Shown here piece by piece: positions 55,801 to 64,000 of a stretch of DNA of 64,000 bases (its first letter is position 1; each line of letters opens with the position of its first letter). Origin of the DNA: the human T2T-CHM13v2.0 reference genome, Homo sapiens. The position numbers were made by a program, and so were the translations under genes. The stretch lies in assembly GCF_009914755.1 (NCBI RefSeq), contig NC_060937.1; one strand, written 5' to 3'. Under the pieces are notes generated by a model that made no database searches, had not been told where the DNA came from, and saw only the letters and a list, made by a program, of their open reading frames with translations.

Positions 55801-57059
55801 AAAAAATCATAAACAAATGAAACTTATAAAACTCCTAAGCCTTCTCTTGATCCTAGTGTCTGGAAACCTTTATGAACTCAAAAATATAGGAAACCAAAAC
55901 CACTTTTAAATAGACAAGTAGATAAATGAATGACTTTTAGATTCTTTCTCCAAAGTTCTAATCTAGTACATACCCATAATATTCTCTTCAATGAACTTTA
56001 GAAATGAACCTTTCCATTTTAGTATCAGTATTCTACTACTGACCACTGTTTTATTTCAATTTATCTCATTCCAAAACAGTTCTAAGACTCATCTCAGAAT
56101 TCAGACTCTCAAAACTCTAAATTTCATGACAAAAAACTATAATTACAATGAAGATCATAGGCTGCTAAAGCTTCTTAAAGCTTAAATCATAATGCCTGCT
56201 ACCATCAGAGAGGAGAAGAATAATCTTAAAATGGATTACATCATAATATGACATGGTATAAATTCTGTATCTTTTCATCTTACACTTTAAAACATGTTTC
56301 TCAATTAAATGAATAGGATATGTATACTCTAGCTAAATTAAACAAGGCAAACAGGATCTTTCTCCATAAAAATGTTATTCTGTTTTCTGTAAAAAGGAAC
56401 AGATATACATTAAACTATATAAACATTAAAATATTTTCAAAATGAGCAATCTTATTGAAATCACTTAACTGCTACACCCACCAGATTCCCTACCTATACT
56501 GTTAATGCTAATACCCACCTGGTGGGGTTGTAGTGAAGATTAAAGGGCCAAATACAGAACTAGTAAACAAAGGTAATCAGTATTTATTAGCTGTTTTAAT
56601 TAAATTTGAAATCCCATGTAGAACATGTTCTGTAATACATAAATAAATAACCGTGTTCAAAAAGTTATTTAACTATGAGATGGACATTTAGGCTAACTTA
56701 CCACAGCTGACCCACTCAGAAAGAATTCTATTAAACATTATATTTCTTCGGGAACTATTACAAGACTATTTAGAATCAACACTAGTAATTTGTAATGCAG
56801 GTCATGAACATTTTTCAAAATAAAATCATCTCTTTTAGATCACAGATACGGAACTTTCTGACATTATCTGACATAGTTCAAAACACAGTGCTTTGAACCT
56901 AGACAAAGTTCTTTTGGGAGGGAAATTCCCTAAAATATGTACATCATGCAAAAAACAAAAAACACAAAATCTCTGTGGTCTAAGCAAACACACACAAATT
57001 ATTTCTCATGAAGACCATATGTTCATCACACCAGTTTCTGTTAATTATTAATTATGATC

Positions 57060-57260
57060 CCTATATCAGGATGATGGACACCACTCTGAATGCCATTCTG
57101 GGTGCCAGGGGGAGCTTCTTCAACCACCAATGAAATGCTTCCACCCCAAAAAGTGACATTAACTCCACTCCCATCTTCACTGGTCCAAGCATGTCACTTG
57201 GTGACTCCTAACTTGACAGGGGCAGAGATGTGCAATCAGCAGTGCCCAGAAATAGAGAAT
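57060..57260. mobile_element. Old MLT1 (J/K/L-like) LTR fragment
   Basis: aaatgcttccaccc-aaaagtgaca...cactggtccaagcatgtcacttgg pattern. Confidence 0.5.
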
Positions 57261-58292
57261 TGAATACTAGACAATACACCAATGCCGCCATACTATCCAT
57301 GGGGATCTTGGCAGGCCTGCATTGTAGAAAAGAGATGGGTTTAGATCAAAGTGATTACGAAGGAGAGGAGGTTCTGAAATTTTCATAAAAGGAATGCCAA
57401 CTCTACCATTTGAATATATTGCCTCTAACATAACTCTCTCTTTAATCAGTAGCATGGATCTTTATCCTCTCGCTGAAGAACTGTTTTATTCCAATACTTG
57501 CTAAAAGCTCAGTTGAGGCATGTAATAATTGAGGGAGACTAAAAACCATGTTAATTCTTCATCACTCTAGATTCTCCCCATTATTCATATCCCTCTTGCA
57601 CCATCAGAAAGTGATATATACAGACCATAGTATATCATCTCTAAGCATAACTACCTTTGATGCATTTAGAGTAGTTAGAAATGAGTTAAGAGCAAAACTA
57701 TTTGCCTTCTTCTCTCACAGTAATTTGGTCAAGAAGATAATTTAATACTGAGTATTTAGCTCCTGTAACAGTAATTAAATCTAAAATATTTCTACTCAGA
57801 ACTTTTGAGGAAAGGCTTTGAACTGCTCAGATGGGATAACTGAATTCACTTTACTCACCATCCTTATTTCCGTTAATATTATAACCTCCTTTATGTGTGA
57901 TCAAGTATCACAAATATTAGAGATTCAGAGTTATAAAAGAAGCAATACACTACCAATTTTTTTCAAAATATGATGTCATTACCTAAATTCCTTAAGTCTT
58001 TATTTTTATACTTTAAAAAAAGGGACTTTAAAGAGTAGCTGTTTTTTTTTTTCAGTTATGAAAGGTAGAATTTCATTTTAAAACCTCTTCTTATTTGTAT
58101 TTTCTAATATGCACTTATCTTTTGAAGCATTTAATCCCATAATTTACCTAAAGGAGAGTTATCTGTGAATTTATCATGCATATAATAACAAAATGAAAAT
58201 AGCAAATAATGAATAATCGGTCTTAAAGAAAATGAAATCATTTAAAGAAATATTTCCACTGTCTTTGAATGGTATTGGAATATGATACTTAC

Positions 58293-58388
58293 AAAGGTTC
58301 TGGGCAATTTTAGAATCTAAAAACTTAAGTTCTTTAATTTTTTTCTTAATCGATTTCTTCTCTTCAATATCTTCCTCTTCTCTTCTCT
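58293..58388 (-). CDS. DIAPH3: DIAPH3 internal coding exon, 96 nt, phase 1-1 ((E)RREEEDIEEKKSIKKKIKELKFLDSKIAQNL(S)); probably exon 18
   Basis: Acceptor ttttacag|AG and donor CTTT|gtaagt on the minus strand. The last base T joins CA of the next exon to form TCA (Ser), giving the FH2 motif LDSKIAQNLSIFL. Exon number is from memory. Confidence 0.95.
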
Positions 58389-58877
58389 CTGTAAAACCAA
58401 GATAGATCCATGTTAGGGGCAGCAATTCATTCAAATACAAAAGTGGAAAAAGTGAACTTTTTATCATTAAATAAGCTAAAAAGGATGTAACTCTTCTAAA
58501 TAAAAGTTATAAAAACAAATAAAACGATAGATATCCCAAGACCTGAACTGTTGAAGATAGAAACTGGGAGCTTTTATGCCAGAGAAACTATGGAAAGTAA
58601 ATATTTGAAGGTCTAACAGGAAAAACAAAAATAAAACTTATGTATACTATGGAAACCAATACCAATGGGTATAAGAATAACTACAATTAGCTCATTTGAA
58701 TAGCATACAGGATACAGTTATAAAAATTAAAACACCTGCACTCAAGTTGCAAGTATATTAATTGGATTATGAAGCTAGCTCTAAGAATGCTAACTAAAAC
58801 AGTCATTTTATGTCTAATATACAATACCATTCTTATTTAAAAACATACCTTATGAAAAATTAACAGAATAAATTTTA

Positions 58878-62500
<3,623 letters not shown>

Positions 62501-62555
62501 GAAGAGTGTAGCAATGTGTTTTGGTAGATATGTAAATCACTAAAGGTAAAGTTCA

Positions 62556-62764
62556 AAATCTGAAATGCTCCAAAATCTGAAACTTTGAGTATCAAGATGA
62601 CACTCAAAGGTTATGTTCAAAGGAAATGTTCATTGGAGCATTTCAGATTAGAGAGATTTGGATTAGAGGTGCTCAACCCGTAAGTATTATGCAAACATTC
62701 CAAAATCTAAAATACAAAACACTTCTGGTCCAAAGCATTTCAGATAAGGGATATTCAACCTGTA
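62556..62764. mobile_element. Tigger4 (Zombi) MITE fragment
   Basis: aaatctgaaatgctccaaaatctgaaact...aagcatttcagataagggatattcaacctgta. Confidence 0.88.
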
Positions 62765-63072
62765 TATTACAATTATATATTTTGGTACATAGCATGAGGT
62801 AAGAATCAAATTTTCCATTTTTCAAAACATTTGATATTTCTGTGTCATTTTATATAATTAACCATCTTTCTCAACTGATTTTAAGTTACACTTTGATCAT
62901 ATAATTAGTGTCTAGATAAGTTATTTCTATTTTTCTGGGCTACTAGTTCTGCTACATTATTCTCTGTGCTACTGTTAACACTGCTATCACCCTGTCTTAA
63001 GTACTATAGATTTATGATACGTTTTATTCATTGGCTGTTCAAATTATTTTTCTCCATATCTAAATTTTGTTC

Positions 63073-63387
<315 letters not shown>

Positions 63388-63704
63388 CTCATTTATTTCT
63401 CCACATGAACTTTAGAGCAATCCAAAAGGTCTAAAAATAAAATCCATTTGAACTGTATTTGAATTGCAAGGTAATTGCAAATAGATTCTGAGAGATTTAA
63501 TATCTTGACAATTTCTGAACTTCCTTATCATAAACATGGCATGTGTTTATAATTATTCAACTTAGCACAGTGTTCTTCATACATGACCTGTATATTTTAT
63601 GTTAAGTGTTAGGTATCCAAAGGACATTTGTACTCCTAGGTATTGTGTAGAAACTTTGCCTAATTTTGTATACATGTTTTATAATCAGGATTTTACTTAT
63701 TTTG

Positions 63705-64000
63705 TCTTTCATTCAGATAAAAAAAATTATTAAGCAACTAAAAAGAGACTGTGTTAGGCAACAAAGATACAATGCTAGACAAGATAGAGAAATTCCTTGC
63801 CTCAAAGAATTTAAGGTCTAATAGAAGTGACTATAAAATAAATGACAATTATAATACATGGATGTATTAGTGATGTTATAGTGAAAACTACACAAGAATA
63901 AAGAAGAGCACCCTAACTATGCTTGTCAAAAATAATCCTTTTGGGATAAATACCTAAGCAAAGCTTGAAAGGAAAAATGAGTCAGCCAGGTAAGAAGGTG
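63705..64000 (-). mobile_element. L2 3' relic running off the window
   Basis: ttcattca...attattaagcaacta...tgtgttaggc...cttgcctcaaagaatttaaggtcta. Confidence 0.6.

Noticed and set aside
58381-58391. NAGNAG alternative acceptor
   Set aside because: Downstream AGs lie at +2, +4 and +7, not +3, so there is no in-frame tandem acceptor.

Overview
AT-rich, Alu/L1-dense primate (almost certainly human) genomic DNA lying entirely inside the formin gene DIAPH3 (mDia2), which is transcribed on the minus strand. Four short internal coding exons of the FH2 domain are recoverable with GT-AG boundaries: 58293-58388, 49675-49769, 45255-45356 and 12753-12992. They splice into one continuous frame (ERREEEDIEEKK...IAQNLSIFLSSFR...MIQNLIKHLP...[15 protein letters not shown]...[23 protein letters not shown]). 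The rest is intron filled with about 15 Alus, several decayed L1s, L2/MIR relics, MaLR/ERVL/ERV1 solo LTRs and hAT/Tigger MITEs. Repeat family names come from recalled consensus sequences and were not searched. Nearly all listed ORFs are repeat-derived or chance. I see no evidence of a new gene or a new multi-component system. The most interesting local signals are a 92-bp inverted templated copy of one specific Alu, a convergent L1 pair bracketing a frame-neutral exon, open hydrophobic read-through tails behind two donors, template-switch scars, a nuclear-receptor half-site cluster and two perfect kappaB sites.
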